Of a DNA stretch of 64,000 nt, positions 13,701 through 26,432 are shown one piece after another; the stretch's first letter is position 1; each line of letters opens with the position of its first letter. Made by a program: the position numbers and the translations under genes. The notes under the pieces are model-generated. The model was given only the letters and a program-made list of their open reading frames with translations, was not told where the DNA came from and did not search any database. The stretch comes from Callorhinchus milii (taxonomy: Eukaryota): positions 22,508,001 through 22,572,000 of the forward strand of contig NW_024704742.1 in NCBI RefSeq assembly GCF_018977255.1, given 5' to 3'.

Positions 13701-14779
13701 GATAATCCTTGCATTCAATACAGAACTTTTCATGTGGGGAACCCAGCAGCCACTTTGCGCAAGGCAATATCCCATAAACAGCGGTGAAGTGAACGAGCAA
13801 TTTTATCTGGGGAACCATTGGCCAGGTGGTCGATTAAGTTGGTTTAAGTCGGTTTCCTCAATTCTTTTCCCCAAAATCTGACTCCTTACCGGCAGATTGA
13901 AACTGAAATCCGAGGGCAAAAAAATTCAAGACAGCAGCTCACACCCTCGGAGAGCAGTGAGTAGCAGGTCAGTCAAGCCTAACTATCACTGAGGAAATAG
14001 AAGGAAATTTGCAGCATTGCATTTCCTCTGATACTTAGCACAAAGTGCTATGAAACACCACAAGTTCCGTGCTTACATACCAAGCTAACACTTTGGACGA
14101 GTTTGGGTTTAGGCTTTCAGATAATGGTTGTGGAAACCGTCCAAATGGGCGAGTGAAATGGTGTCATCCTTCTCATATTTCAAACTTCAGACAGACAAAC
14201 AGATTGAGAAATTGGATGGTACTAGACTGTCTCTTGAAACAGGGGTCAAGGCTGAATTTCAGATTTTTATACTTAATGCATTGCTTTTAAATAGTGCAGC
14301 CTTTCTGTAAGACAGCTCACAGTTTTAAAACATTATACAGAGAGGCAGATTTAAAAGCTGAATTAAAATCTAGCTGTCATCTTGACTGTGCAAATGATGA
14401 TAAGTTGTGGAATACTTGCTCAAAACTGACAGTCCAATAAACCACATTTATGGTTGAATGAAATTGTGTGGAAAAGCAAATGTTTAATCTTAGCTTTGTC
14501 GAAAGTTGGCACTTTCTTTTACCTGGAAAAGACCAAGCAGCAAGAAATTGGTTCATATATTTAAAATGACAGCTTAACTTCTGTGAAGAGGACATATTTA
14601 ATCTTCCTACCCCTTCCTCACTGGCCAAGGAAAAAGAAAGGTTTGGCAAACTTCTTTTTGGTTGTTTGTGCAATGAGGTAAATTGCATTGAAATGCACCT
14701 TTATGTCAAGTGTGTGGGATATCCTTGTACTACAGTTGATGCACAGTTCTATAGTTCTTTGCATGCACCAAACCCCCTC

Positions 14780-14972
14780 AAAATTTTAAAAAATAATAAT
14801 TTGGTCACTTAAGCCACGACTATTTGTGGGACACTGCTGTGTGCAATTGGCTGCCGCGTTTCACCCACAAAATATACAGTCAATTCACTTTACAATATAT
14901 TCTGTGCAGTGCTTTGAGACATCTGAAAGATGTGATAAGGCGTTACATCACATGCAAGGGTTATTATTTATT
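14780..14972 (+). mobile_element. SINE family B 3' half
   Basis: ggtcacttaagccacgactatttgtgggacac... followed by the tail. Confidence 0.85.
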
Positions 14973-15002
14973 TTGAAAGTGCATCAGCAGTCAAATGATT
15001 AT

Positions 15003-15318
15003 AACAATAATAATAATCCTTGCAGTTGATATAGCGCTTTTCACGTCTTCTCGACGTCTCAAGGCGCTTCACAGAATAGACTGTAAAGTGAATTGACTGT
15101 ACATTTGTGGGTGAAACGCAGCAGCGAATTGCGCACAGCAGTGTCCCACAAACAGTCGTGGATTGAAAATGACCAATTTATTATTGTTTTGTTTTGGAGG
15201 GATTATTATTAGGCGTGTGGAGTAAGGAAACTTGCCCAAGGTTTCGCCCTGCCGGGAATTGAACCCAGATGTCTCGATTGCAAGGTGAGTGCTCTAACCA
15301 CTGAGCTACAGGACTCCA
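15003..15318 (-). mobile_element. SINE family B, short form, full length
   Basis: Intact A box and B box (ggttcaattcc), cloverleaf-like head, (ATT)n tail. Confidence 0.92.
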
Positions 15319-16169
15319 CAACCTGATTATTAGGTTATCATAGTATAAGCTGCATAGGCAGTGAGTAAACATTTTCTTTGGAGTGGGAGGCTGAGTAAAA
15401 TTCATCAGGACATCCCCACCTCTAGTTGGCTGATGGATCTGTCAGCGTTGAGAATGCTCTGACAAGCAGCCCGCTGGACCAGAGGTGGATGGGCGCTGCT
15501 GATGAGTTAGGAGAGGGGTCAAGAGGGGGCCGGTGGGTGCCATGGGTTGGAGCTGCTCTGCGGCCTGTTGTAGTCCTCCCCAGGGCTCAGAGCTTTCCCC
15601 TCCCACCTCTCCTTAAAGAGCAGATAAGATTTTGAGCCCCCTCTAAAACCTAGTCACCCGCCTCCTTGGCCTGTACACGAAAAGCAATGCTACTAGAGAG
15701 CTTTAACAAGATTCATCAGTGATTTCTTTCTTTCATTCAATGATCCCTTCAACTGAACTCTTTTGGAAAATAACACTGCTGGACTGTTGTTTTTTCAAGG
15801 CAGGCTTTTATGAGAACCACACCTTCATGTTGGAAAATTAAGAGAATTTATGATATCTTGACAAAGAGGTCCTTATTAGCAGGCCTCGAGTGGGAAACCT
15901 TCAGAAATCATAAGGTATTAGTATTTACAAAGGTTGACAGAGTGAATGAACCTCCAACTTTGACATCCACAGTACCACGGCAGCCTGAGGCAAGCAACCT
16001 TCCAACATTGTTCCAAACAAAAAGTTCTTTGTAAGAATTAACAGAAAGCATTTCTCTGCTAACTCTACAATCTGTTTTCAAAAACATCTGTTGACCAACA
16101 CAGACAGGAGTAGATAATTTGAGGGTAAAAGATACAATATATTTACTTGGTTAGTTTCCAAGAGCACTT

Positions 16170-16175
16170 CTACTT

Positions 16176-16211
<36 letters not shown>

Positions 16212-16536
16212 ATTCTCTCTTTGTCCCTCTCTCTTCTCACTCCCTGTACCTTTTAATGTTCCTCCTCTTCAAGCAACCTCTTAACTCTGTATTAAAAGAA
16301 TTGATAAACTCTGTCTTAACTATGGTTTCTGGCAGAAAATTACAGCAATCTCTATATCAAGTATTTTTGTTAATCTTTCTGTCTTTTCTCTCTCTCTCTA
16401 TCTATCGCTCCCTTTCACTTACTTTCGTTTTCTCTCTTTCTTCTCTCTCTTTCTTTCGTTTTCTCTCTTTCTCTCTTTCCTTTTGTTTCTTTCTTTGTTT
16501 CTTTGTTTGTCTGTTTCTTTCTTTCTTTTTTTCTTT

Positions 16537-16567
<31 letters not shown>

Positions 16568-16568
16568 T
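16170..16568. repeat. (CT)n/(CTTT)n microsatellite region
   Basis: Two pyrimidine-rich simple-repeat blocks. Confidence 0.9.
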
Positions 16569-17489
16569 TTTCTTTCCAGTCGGGTTTACAAATCAGAGAG
16601 TGCCTAATACTGTTAGGCCCACACTAGAATAAGCCGAGAGCAATACCCCATGGTGGCCAATTCAAGGTTTGCGTAGACCAGAGGTCTTGACCACAAATCG
16701 GCTAAATGTGATCTTTTGGTCTCAAAGGGGTCAACTTCGCAATCTATGGCATGTGTAAAGTCAGAAAGTAAAACACATTGTAAACATCTTGCTGTAGTTG
16801 CAACATACTTCCTCGCTCAGCTTCATATGTGTTTTTAATTAAAAACATCTCAAAACAAATGGCATATGAAAATAGTTAATTCTATTAACTAGTGGTACTG
16901 TGATGTATCTTATTATTTTTATTGCATGTGACAAGGAGTGCCAGCATTAATCACTTTGCAGTTTCTGTAGCTCCAGAGAAGAACAGCTACAGTCAATTGG
17001 AAAAGATTTCAAGAATGGCTTTCGTGATTATTTTTGATTCAAAACGGGTTTAGTTAAAAGGATGCATTGGCAGGGTGTGTTAGAACCTCGAAGTGCTGTG
17101 GCTTTCATTCTCCCACCTACTGAGTTCCCAGGCTCAGACACACCATGGTGGGGAAGTCCTGAATGGAAGCCAGGAGCTTCCCCACAGGAAAGAAAGGATA
17201 ATCAGAGCTCGACACCCTTTTTGAGCTCCTCTTGCACTTTGTGGTGGACATCTGCAGAGCAGCATTGCCCGAGACCAAGAAACAGATCATCTGACAAACA
17301 ACCCACCACCCCCACAGCTCCCTGGGATAGTACAGTACACTGGAAGCCTAGGAAAGGCAGAAGAGAAGAGGCATTTTGAAAAAATAAAAGAGCATCGGTC
17401 TTTCAAACATTTCACAATATTACCGTACGCATGGCTCAATAATTATATTTTCTCCCAGGGTCCTGACCAACAATCATTCACTATGGGTC

Positions 17490-17729
17490 AGTTCCACCCT
17501 CTGGAACTCCATCCCGCAGTCCCTCCTCCTCGCCCCCTCCCTTGCCTCTTTCAAGACACATCTCAAAACCCTCCTCTTTGACCGTGCCTTCGATCACCCT
17601 CCTTCCCCCGCTACCCTCCACCCTCCCCGAGCCCGACCCCAAGCTCGGATTCAAAACACTGACTGTCCAATGCCTTGGGACATCCTCCCGACATGAAAGG
17701 CCCTGTACATATGTAATGTTGTTGTTGTT
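17490..17729 (+). mobile_element. L2 LINE 3' fragment
   Basis: ctctggaactccatccc... followed by stem-loop and (TTG)n tail. Confidence 0.8.
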
Positions 17730-18140
17730 GTCAGCCTGGTGCAATGGTAGCACTCTCACCTATGAGTCAGAAGGTTGTGGGTTCAAGTTCCACATCAGGA
17801 CTTGGGACAATCTAGTGCAGTGCTGGGATGTGTTGCATTATCGGAGGTGCCATCCTTCAGATTACACATTAAACCGAGGTCCCATCTGCCTGTTCAAGAT
17901 CCTATGTCACTTTTCAAAAAGGGTAGGGAGTTTCTCCTAGGGTCCCAGCCAACAATCCTCCAAATTAAATTCATCACTCACTCCATGGCTGTTTTGGGCC
18001 ACTGCTGTGCACAAACCGCCTGCCCCGTTCAGCCCACAAAATACACAGTTAATCCACTTCACACTATATCCTGTGAAACCCTTTGAGATGTCTCAATGAA
18101 CTGATAAGATGCTATATCAAATGTAAGAATTAGTATTACT
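17728..18140 (+). mobile_element. Deu-domain SINE family A (SacSINE1/AmnSINE1-like), near full length
   Basis: tRNA head gtcagcctgg...ggtagcactctc...ggttcaag; Deu core cggaggtgcc...ttaaaccgagg; L2-like tail. Confidence 0.85.
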
Positions 18141-19804
18141 ATGGTTATTTACGGGATTTGCTGTGCACAAAATGACTGCTGTGAAAAAAATAGTTACTAC
18201 ACTTTGCAGCAATTAGTGTAATATTCTGAGTTTTTTTTACATGTAAGTGCTATAAAGATGTGCTTCTTGTTTCTATATTGCATATGTTCCGACTGAGTGA
18301 AAACTTTTGTCAAATTCTTACAATATACAGAGTCTAAAATCTAAAACATGCTGCAGTATTTACAAACTTGATTTGTTGTGTTTAACCAAACTTCCAGTTT
18401 GCAAATACACAGAAACCTAATTATAGAGTGGACAGCTGGGCCTAACATCCTTATGAGTGTGCTTTAAGCCAGACCAGAAAAATGGTCGACTTCTCGGTCA
18501 CCAAATTGCCACTCACAAAACTTGCCCACAAAATATACAGTCAATTTGCTTTACAGTATATTCTGTGATAGGCTTTGAGAAGTCTCAAAGATGTGATGAG
18601 GTACTATATCAAATGCAAGGCTTATTGTTCTTCTTATTATAATCCCTACATTTGGCACAGCGCTTTCAAGTCAAGGCACTTCACAGGATATATTGCAAAG
18701 ACTGTGTGTATTGTGGGCGAAATGCAGCGGCCAACCTTTGCACAGCATTGTCCTACAAACAATCATGAAGTGAATGACCAATTGTATTTGGGGGATTGTT
18801 GGCCACAGAACTGGGAGAAACTCCCTCTTCTTTTCGAATATTGCTGAAGGATGGTTGAGAGGCAAAAGCTAAAGATTTTGACCAAAAATAATATGAAATT
18901 AATAAATATTTCAAATAATCAGGGAGCAGAACAATTCTCCAGTAGATTCATGTTCCAACAGGTACTGAATTCTCCTGCTCCGCCAGTGTTAGAGAAAAGG
19001 CAGGGAAATAGGATGATATCAAAAGCTAATAGGAGCTGGGTTGGGCGGAAGGGGGAGTGCAGTGTCTTGCAATCACACAGACACACGTGCACATAAAAGT
19101 GTAACACAATTATATCCCCCCCCACCACCCCTCGCAACCAGTTCCACACCACACTCAGCCAGGGAGACTGATGGCAAATAAACAACTGCAGCAATTCCCA
19201 GAGACGAGGGAACTGAAACCATTGCAATCTGATATGGAAGCATTTCTAGTCCACATAAAGCATGACTTGTTCCCTTTCAACTAAACCGCAGCAACAACCA
19301 TATGTAGAGCAGCAAATTCGCCCTTGGAATAATTGAATAATTGCTACTAGTTTTCACTAAAGTTCATCAACCATCATAGCAGCTGAGCAGTTGCAAAACC
19401 AAACCAAACAGAACAAACATTATATACCATACACCAGTGGGAGAGAAACCACCTTCCAGTTTAATAAAAATAAAGTCCAGTGCACCATTGCATCATACTG
19501 AATTCAGGGACTTCCCTGGTGACTGAGCAGGGAAGAGGTCAACAGCCTGATAATGAGGGTGCTACCTTTATTACACCAGGGGGAGCTGGAAAAAAACACC
19601 TTAAGTTGATGCCAATGGGACTGAAAAGCACTCATTAGGGAAAGCGACAGCGTAGAGCATATTTCAACACCAGAAAAAATGCATTGAGATGTAAAGAACA
19701 GGTCCATCACACTAACTCCTGAAAACCGAAGGCAATCTGAGGTAAGAACCCAGTCCTTGTGAGTCAGTGTGATGTACATGGAGTTTGCAGAAGATATACT
19801 ACAC

Positions 19805-20080
19805 TGGGTTTGATTCCCAGCAGGGCAAAACCTTGGGCAAGTTGCTCCACATGCCTGATAATAATCCCTCGAGAAACACCCCCCACCCCCAAAAATACTA
19901 TAACAAATTGGTCACTTCAATCCACTTCTGTCGTGGGACACTGCTGTGCTCAATTGGCTGCTGTGTTTCACCCACAAATATACAGTCAATTCACTTTACA
20001 GTATATTCTGTGAAGTGCTTTGAGACGTCTCGACGACGTGACAAGCACAATATCAAATGCCAGGATTATTATTATTATTA
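19805..20080 (+). mobile_element. SINE family B, short form
   Basis: B box through (ATT)n tail. Confidence 0.88.
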
Positions 20081-20429
20081 CCCTGTACATACATCCTGAG
20101 GTGTTCTTTACCGGTCCTCGGGTGCCGTTTATGCCGTCTTTGTGAAGAACGCTTTTTCTATCCCTCTGATTCCGTAAAATACATGAATCTAAAGGGCAGA
20201 AAATCTCATCAGAGCCCACAGCAGATGTGAAATCTTAGAAATTGTTTTGCTTGAGAAAAGTAGCTTAAACTGGTCAAACATATCAGGGAGAATTCACCCT
20301 GTAGTCTTCACCTGCACTATTGAGGTAAGCCAGATGAAAAGCAATATTTACTCTGCCTTTATTATTTTTTCCAGATGTTGCCCTTTCACCTCCCTTGAAA
20401 AGTGAGTTGATTTAAAGGGATTGAATATA

Positions 20430-20680
20430 AAACAACAACTTATATAGTGCCCTCCACGTAGGGTGGCGTCACAGAGCGCTTAACAGTGGCGAAGTCTGAC
20501 TCCGAGCCGGGGTGGGGAGTGGGGGGAGGTGACCATAAGCACGTCGAAAAGGTAGGTTTTCAGGCAGTACTTGAAAAAAGGGGAGAGAGGGTGGAGGGAT
20601 TGAGGGAGAGTGTTCCAGAGTTTTGGGGCATAGTGGCTGAATGCGTGACCTTCAATGATGGAGCGGAGGGTGCTATCTGA
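20430..20680 (-). mobile_element. L2 LINE 3' fragment (second subfamily)
   Basis: (CAA) tail, gccctccacg...agagcgc stem-loop variant, gagtgttccagag. Confidence 0.65.
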
Positions 20681-23600
20681 AATTAAATGTTATTTGCAAA
20701 ATAATGCAGTGGACTGGACCTCCCTACCACAAGGATTCACTTATTTTCTACTCAACAATAAAGACAAATGTAATTTGGTTTTCACGAGTAAAATTAGCCA
20801 TCTTAAGCCTAAGGGCTATCTCAGACTGAAACTGCGGAAACGCATGCCATTCCCTGCTGCTGGCTATCCTGTCCCACACAAAGCGTAATGAAGCCTTCCT
20901 GTAATCCTATAACAACATCATAACAAAAAAGACCTTCGAACGCTGGGAAGAGGATTACAAACATTTTAAGACATCGAGATCACGGAGTTTGATGTTCCCC
21001 ATTTGAACTGGTATTTCTCATGATCTGTTATTAATTATAAGCAAAGTTGGTTCCCTGAGGGAAGCCATCAGTCTCTGGAATGGTTTTCGCAAGACAACAG
21101 GGTCACTCAAATAATTTTTACAGCTGCAACAGGCGCTTTGTTTCAAATTATTTGGCAATTCACAATTGTGTCCCCAGAAACAACCACCAGGCCAATTTTG
21201 ATTGAATAATTGAAAACTACTGTAACTTCATCTTTTTACATGTGGTTCATTTACATGGTTACAATTAAGACACTTCAAATGGCTTTGTGATTGTATAGCC
21301 AAGTACTGTATGAATGTTGCTGTAACAATGGGGTTACTTTTAATGAACATGGGAATAGCTAGAACCAATTATACTGTAATTTATCATGACCTTTTATAAA
21401 ATAGTTAAGTATGTACTGTTCACTCCACCATCCAATTATAACAGGCTATTATTCATTGCTTTACAGGCCACTGGGAGACCAGACTGTAATGTTATATTGG
21501 GTACATGACTGAGCTTCAGCAGAAAGAATATTACTTAACAAGGTCACAAGAATCATTTGGGTGAAGAAGGCCCTTCAGCACATTTGATCTTATTTCTCCA
21601 GAACACCAACCTAACCTCACATCATTAAGCTGCTTTTTAAATGAGTCCAGTGTCCTGGCTTCAACCACCTTTCCTGTTGCAGTCGTGGATTACCCTCTCA
21701 CTTAGAAATAATTATAATCGCTCTAAGTGATTCAAGTACTTGCACTCAGGTAGCAATGAGTGCTGTCAATCTTCTTCAACCAGGTAGCACACTTGCCACA
21801 AGAAGAGTCTGTCATTGACATTAGAGAGGGTGAGGAAAGGTGACATTTTCTGCTTCTTTTTGCATCAGGTGAGCCTGCTTTACAATGCAGATTAACACTG
21901 GAGGAATCGTGCAGTGGTGAAAGACATTGTGCTGAACCTACAGCCTGGTGTGTTGGTTATAGACACTGGTGTCTAAAAAGTGCTCTGTTTGCATCACTCT
22001 CCTGCAAAATTCTTATTGAAGCCAAAGTCTTGCAAGTCGAATGTGTTGTACAGGGAAATGCCTGGAGAGGACAGCGCAAACTCTTCCCTGACTTGGCTCC
22101 ACTCTATCTCTGTGACCTTCTGTAACCATATCAACCTCCATCCGCTCAGCAAACACCAGCCTGCTTCTAGTCCACCGCCCAATCCACCCCAACATCAGTG
22201 TACAAGCTTTCAGCCAATCTGTACCTGCTCACTGGGACTCCATCTGCCCTCTCCCCTCCCTCCACATCTATAAAATCAGTCTTAAGACGAAATTCCTCAG
22301 ATCCCTTCACCACCAGCTCAGTTTTCCAATCAGCTCTGTGAAGCACTTTGAGATGTCCTCCTGACCTGAAAGGCATTATAATAATGTAAAAGTGTAGCTT
22401 TGGCAGCAGTCACACAGCGGTGGGACAGCTCGAACACTTTATAAGACGATGGAGAATACCCCAATGTTGATTGACTATGAACATCTCTGAGAAAGCCACG
22501 CAACCAACTGCCCTCACCTTCTCAAAAGAAAGACGTCGGTGCTTCTAAGGAAGCTCCCACTAGAAATAAAATACTGTAAAGATAGAAGATACAAATTATA
22601 CAACAAATCGTGGAAAACTGCTACATTTATTTATATACTTGCTTGCTTGCTTACTTACTTACTGGGGGGAAAGTATAACAACTATAAATTAGTATAATTT
22701 AACTATATGTATATGTTTTATATAATACAATGGATAATTAAAATACAATACAATTTACATTTATATGGCACCTTTCACATCAGGAAGATGTCTTGAAGCT
22801 TTTTGTTTCACCCACAACATATACAGTCAACTCGTTTTACAGTATATTCTGTGAAGCGCCTTGAGACTTCTCAAAGACTTGATGAGGCACCAAATCAAAT
22901 GCAAGGATTATTATTATTCTACACAGCTGTCTTGTCACCCAAGCCAAAGGGGGTGGGTGAAGGGGATTGGGGGAAAGGTGACTGAAAATGCAGTCTTACT
23001 TTGGGCTATAAATATGGGGAATCACAGATTCAAAGTTAATTGTTTTTTGTACAAAATGTGTTTTCCTTTTTATAACTGTGATAACATGGTCCTTTTGGAG
23101 CAATAGAGTAATCCCTAGAGTGCTATAAAGATCAATGTTACAATAAAGAAAACAGAGTACATGTTATATTATTTTAAAAACCGAATAACATTGCGAAGGG
23201 GAATCAGCACTCAAAGGGTTTGATTTGTAGCTTTACTGAGGTAGAAGAGGCCAGAGGAAAACTGTTTTAAAAAAAGCCAGTTTAATTTACAGAATTATCT
23301 TCCATGTTGATCTAATGATTCAGTAACCAGCGTATAAACTAATTTCTGCAAACTCATGCCAACCAATGAAGGAGTTACTTATCCTGAATAATGGTTTAAT
23401 TCTTGCTCATAGGGCTAATCATTCCCAGACATGCTTAAGCCATTACCCTCTGACCCCAGCAATGATCTTTCACCCTAAAGCCCTAGTTGGAGATGAGAAT
23501 AAGCAGAAGTAAGAGCAGAAACTTCCTCACACTTGCTGACTTGTGAATGACCAACCTTTAGACAAAGGTCATGGTGTTGCTGTAGGAAAGTTGCCCACAG

Positions 23601-24361
23601 CACATTCATCAAAGATGACAGCTAAAAGAAGGCATAGTTTGATCATTAGGACAATGGTGCAGTTTGCATTAAAAGTGCATTGATTCTACTGCAATGGGCT
23701 GAAAATAAAGTTTGAAAAGGGATTCTGCAAAGTTTGAAGCAGGACTCGCTTGCCCTGTCTGTTTTAGGACCTATAAGCTTTGAAGTAGCTCAAAATGTTG
23801 TCACGCTCCCTATCTCCTATTTGAATTCTGTAGTAACATTCTCCTACGTGTTGTGCATATTTATTCTAGAACTCTTCTGGTTTTGCTGCTTTCTTAATAA
23901 TGTCACTTTCTCTTTGAGGGGGAAACAAATCCTATAGTCTCCACTAGCTGCTCTCACACCCACACATTCGCCTTCAGTAAACAGGGGAGGATAGTCTATG
24001 TGGGAGACATCCCCATGAAAGCTATCAATTCAAGTCAGCAATCACCAAACACTATGTGTACAGGTCAGGAATGACCCTGAGGCAGGGTCCTAGCACTCCC
24101 CTACCAGAGACAGAACGGTCAGTTTCCACCCAGAGTTATAACTAGCACAAAATTGAAATGTACCGAATAAAAGCATTTGAGTTTAAACTTCAGTTTCAGA
24201 TAAAGTGCAGAGTTGTGGCTGTCCGGGTGGGAGTTAATGCTCTGTCTCTGATCTTCCCTCATTTCCACACCGTGAATACTTTGAATCAATCCTCAATTTC
24301 CTAGAAATTATTTTTCCTGCTTTGCAAATCTCGAGTTAGGTGTTAGCATCATCCCCCCTGT

Positions 24362-24790
24362 GTGTCAGCCTGGCTTAGGTGGTAGCACGATCTTTTCTGA
24401 GCCAGAATGCTGCGCGTTCAAGCCAAACTTTGGAAGGTTGAGCTTCAGTGTCGAGGCTGACACTCCAGTGCAGTGCTGGGCGAGCTGCATGGCCAGAGCT
24501 CCTGCCCTATGGCTGTGACATTAATCTAAAGTCTTGTCTGTTTATTGAAGTAGATGTTAAGGAATCCCACGGCATTACTTAAAGAAAAAGAAGTTTATCC
24601 TGGTATCCTGACTATCAATCCTCCAGATAAAATAAGTTACTCACTTTGTGGCTGTGTGTAGGATATTGCTGTGCACAAACTGACCATTGTGTACTGCAAT
24701 CTCCTTTGCAGTAAAATCAAATGCTTTGAGACATTGAGCCTTTGCGATGTCCTCCCAAATGTGAAAGGCATTGTATCAAATACAAATATA
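24362..24790 (+). mobile_element. Deu-domain SINE family A
   Basis: Head, diverged core and tail. Confidence 0.75.
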
Positions 24791-25539
24791 ACAACAACAA
24801 AATTACATTTGTATAAATTATTAATACTATTTTTCCTCTTGGCGTTTCTTCTGAAGTCAGGCACTTTGTGTGGAGAGGAGCACAGAATGACTGGCTCATT
24901 CTCAGGCTATTAATGATTCCAGTGTTGACCAGCTACCAAATAGCACACAATAATATCATGAACAGCTTGTCTGCCTGGCCCAGAACGTCCAGTGGAGTAT
25001 CAAAAGGTCAATACAAAAAAGGGTTTCTGCAAAGTTTAAGTCTCTTTGATGTATCGCAACCTCTTGTAAACACAGAATGTTCATCAGTCACAAACACACA
25101 CAGAAAACCATTTTTTTTGTGCCCATATAAGACCCATTGCATGTGGCTTCTAGAAGCAGGCTTGTGAAGTGAAGTACCTATGTCACAGTTTAATTTGTTT
25201 AGCTCCATTGATAAAGTTATTAGAGTATGTGACTTTTTTATTGGCAGAGACCACTTTTTCAAAAAACAAATCAAAGATGTAAACCATGGAAGCCAAAGAT
25301 AAACAGCAGTGTAGTTCCTGCAGATAAACACCTGATCCAAGCCATAAACTGCCAGTGCAGAAAAGTACTTCCCAATCATCCCATTACAGAGATTCCCTTT
25401 GATCTAAGGTTAGATGTAAGAACAGATATTGTGCATAATAATCCTATTTTCTAATTAATAATTATTTTAATTATAACATATTTAACTCCATTGTAGATGT
25501 ATTAATAACTGAATCACGGGATATGTAATAATAATCTTT

Positions 25540-25990
25540 ACATTTGGTATTGAGCCTTCCTCACTCTCACCTACAAGGCCATTCACAGCCTTGCTCCCTC
25601 CTACCTCTCCGACCTACTATCCCCCTACCTACCTGCCTGTACCCTCCGTTCCTCTGGCTCCGGTCTGCTCCACATCCCCCGCCCCAACCGCCCTACCATC
25701 AGTGGCCGGGCCTTCAGCCTCTCAGCCCCGAGGCTCTGGAACTCTATCCCCCAGTGCCTTCGCCTTGCTTCCTCCCTTTCCTCCTTCAAGGCCGGTCTCA
25801 AGACCTTTCTCTTTGACCGTGCCTTCAGCTCCCCTCTCGACTCTCTACCCCTTCCTCGCTCCCTCCCTTCCCTCCCCTCACCCTGACCATTTCTCCCTTG
25901 CTCGGGTCCTGACCCAACTGTACAGCGCCTTGGGACGTCCTCCCGACGTGAAAGGCGCTCAATAAATGGAATCTTGTTGTTGTTGTTGTT
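25540..25990 (+). mobile_element. L2 LINE 3' fragment
   Basis: Homologous to 1770-2167 with intact stem-loop and (TTG)n tail. Confidence 0.88.
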
Positions 25991-25991
25991 T

Positions 25992-26432
25992 CATATCAGG
26001 AGAACATCTCAAAGTGCTTCGCAGGATGCAGTGTAAAGTGCAGTGACTGAGGCTAATTTGCACAGCAATGTCTTACAAACAGCCATGAAGTGAATGACCC
26101 ATTTTATTTGGGTGATTGTGAGCCAGGACACCAGGAGCAACTCTCTTCTCTTTTGAAACACTGCCATGAGATTGTTAACATCCACCTAAACATGCAGACA
26201 GGACAACAACGCCAACAACAAGATTACATTTGTATAGCGCCTTCCACGTCGGGAGGACGTCCCAAGGACCTCAGGTTAATATCTCATCTGAAGGACACTT
26301 TCAGCAATGCAGCATACCCCATTACTATAGTGTCAGGATAGAGCATATGAGTTCTGAGTCTCCATGTGGGGCTTGAACCCACAACTTTCTGACTCAGAGT
26401 TGAGAGTGCTACCAACTGAGCCAGGCTGCCAC
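25992..26432 (-). mobile_element. Deu-domain SINE family A with a nested L2 tail (~26205-26270)
   Basis: Head gtgctaccaactgagccaggctg; the core is interrupted by caacaacgccaacaac...gggaggacgtcccaag. Confidence 0.8.

Noticed and set aside
15240..15318. tRNA-Ala gene (also heads at 5371, 48270, 63407)
   Set aside because: Each head continues into a SINE body and tail, and anticodons and stems vary between copies.
16256..16627. Phe/Leu/Ser-rich membrane-protein-like ORF
   Set aside because: It is a translation of CT/CTTT microsatellites.
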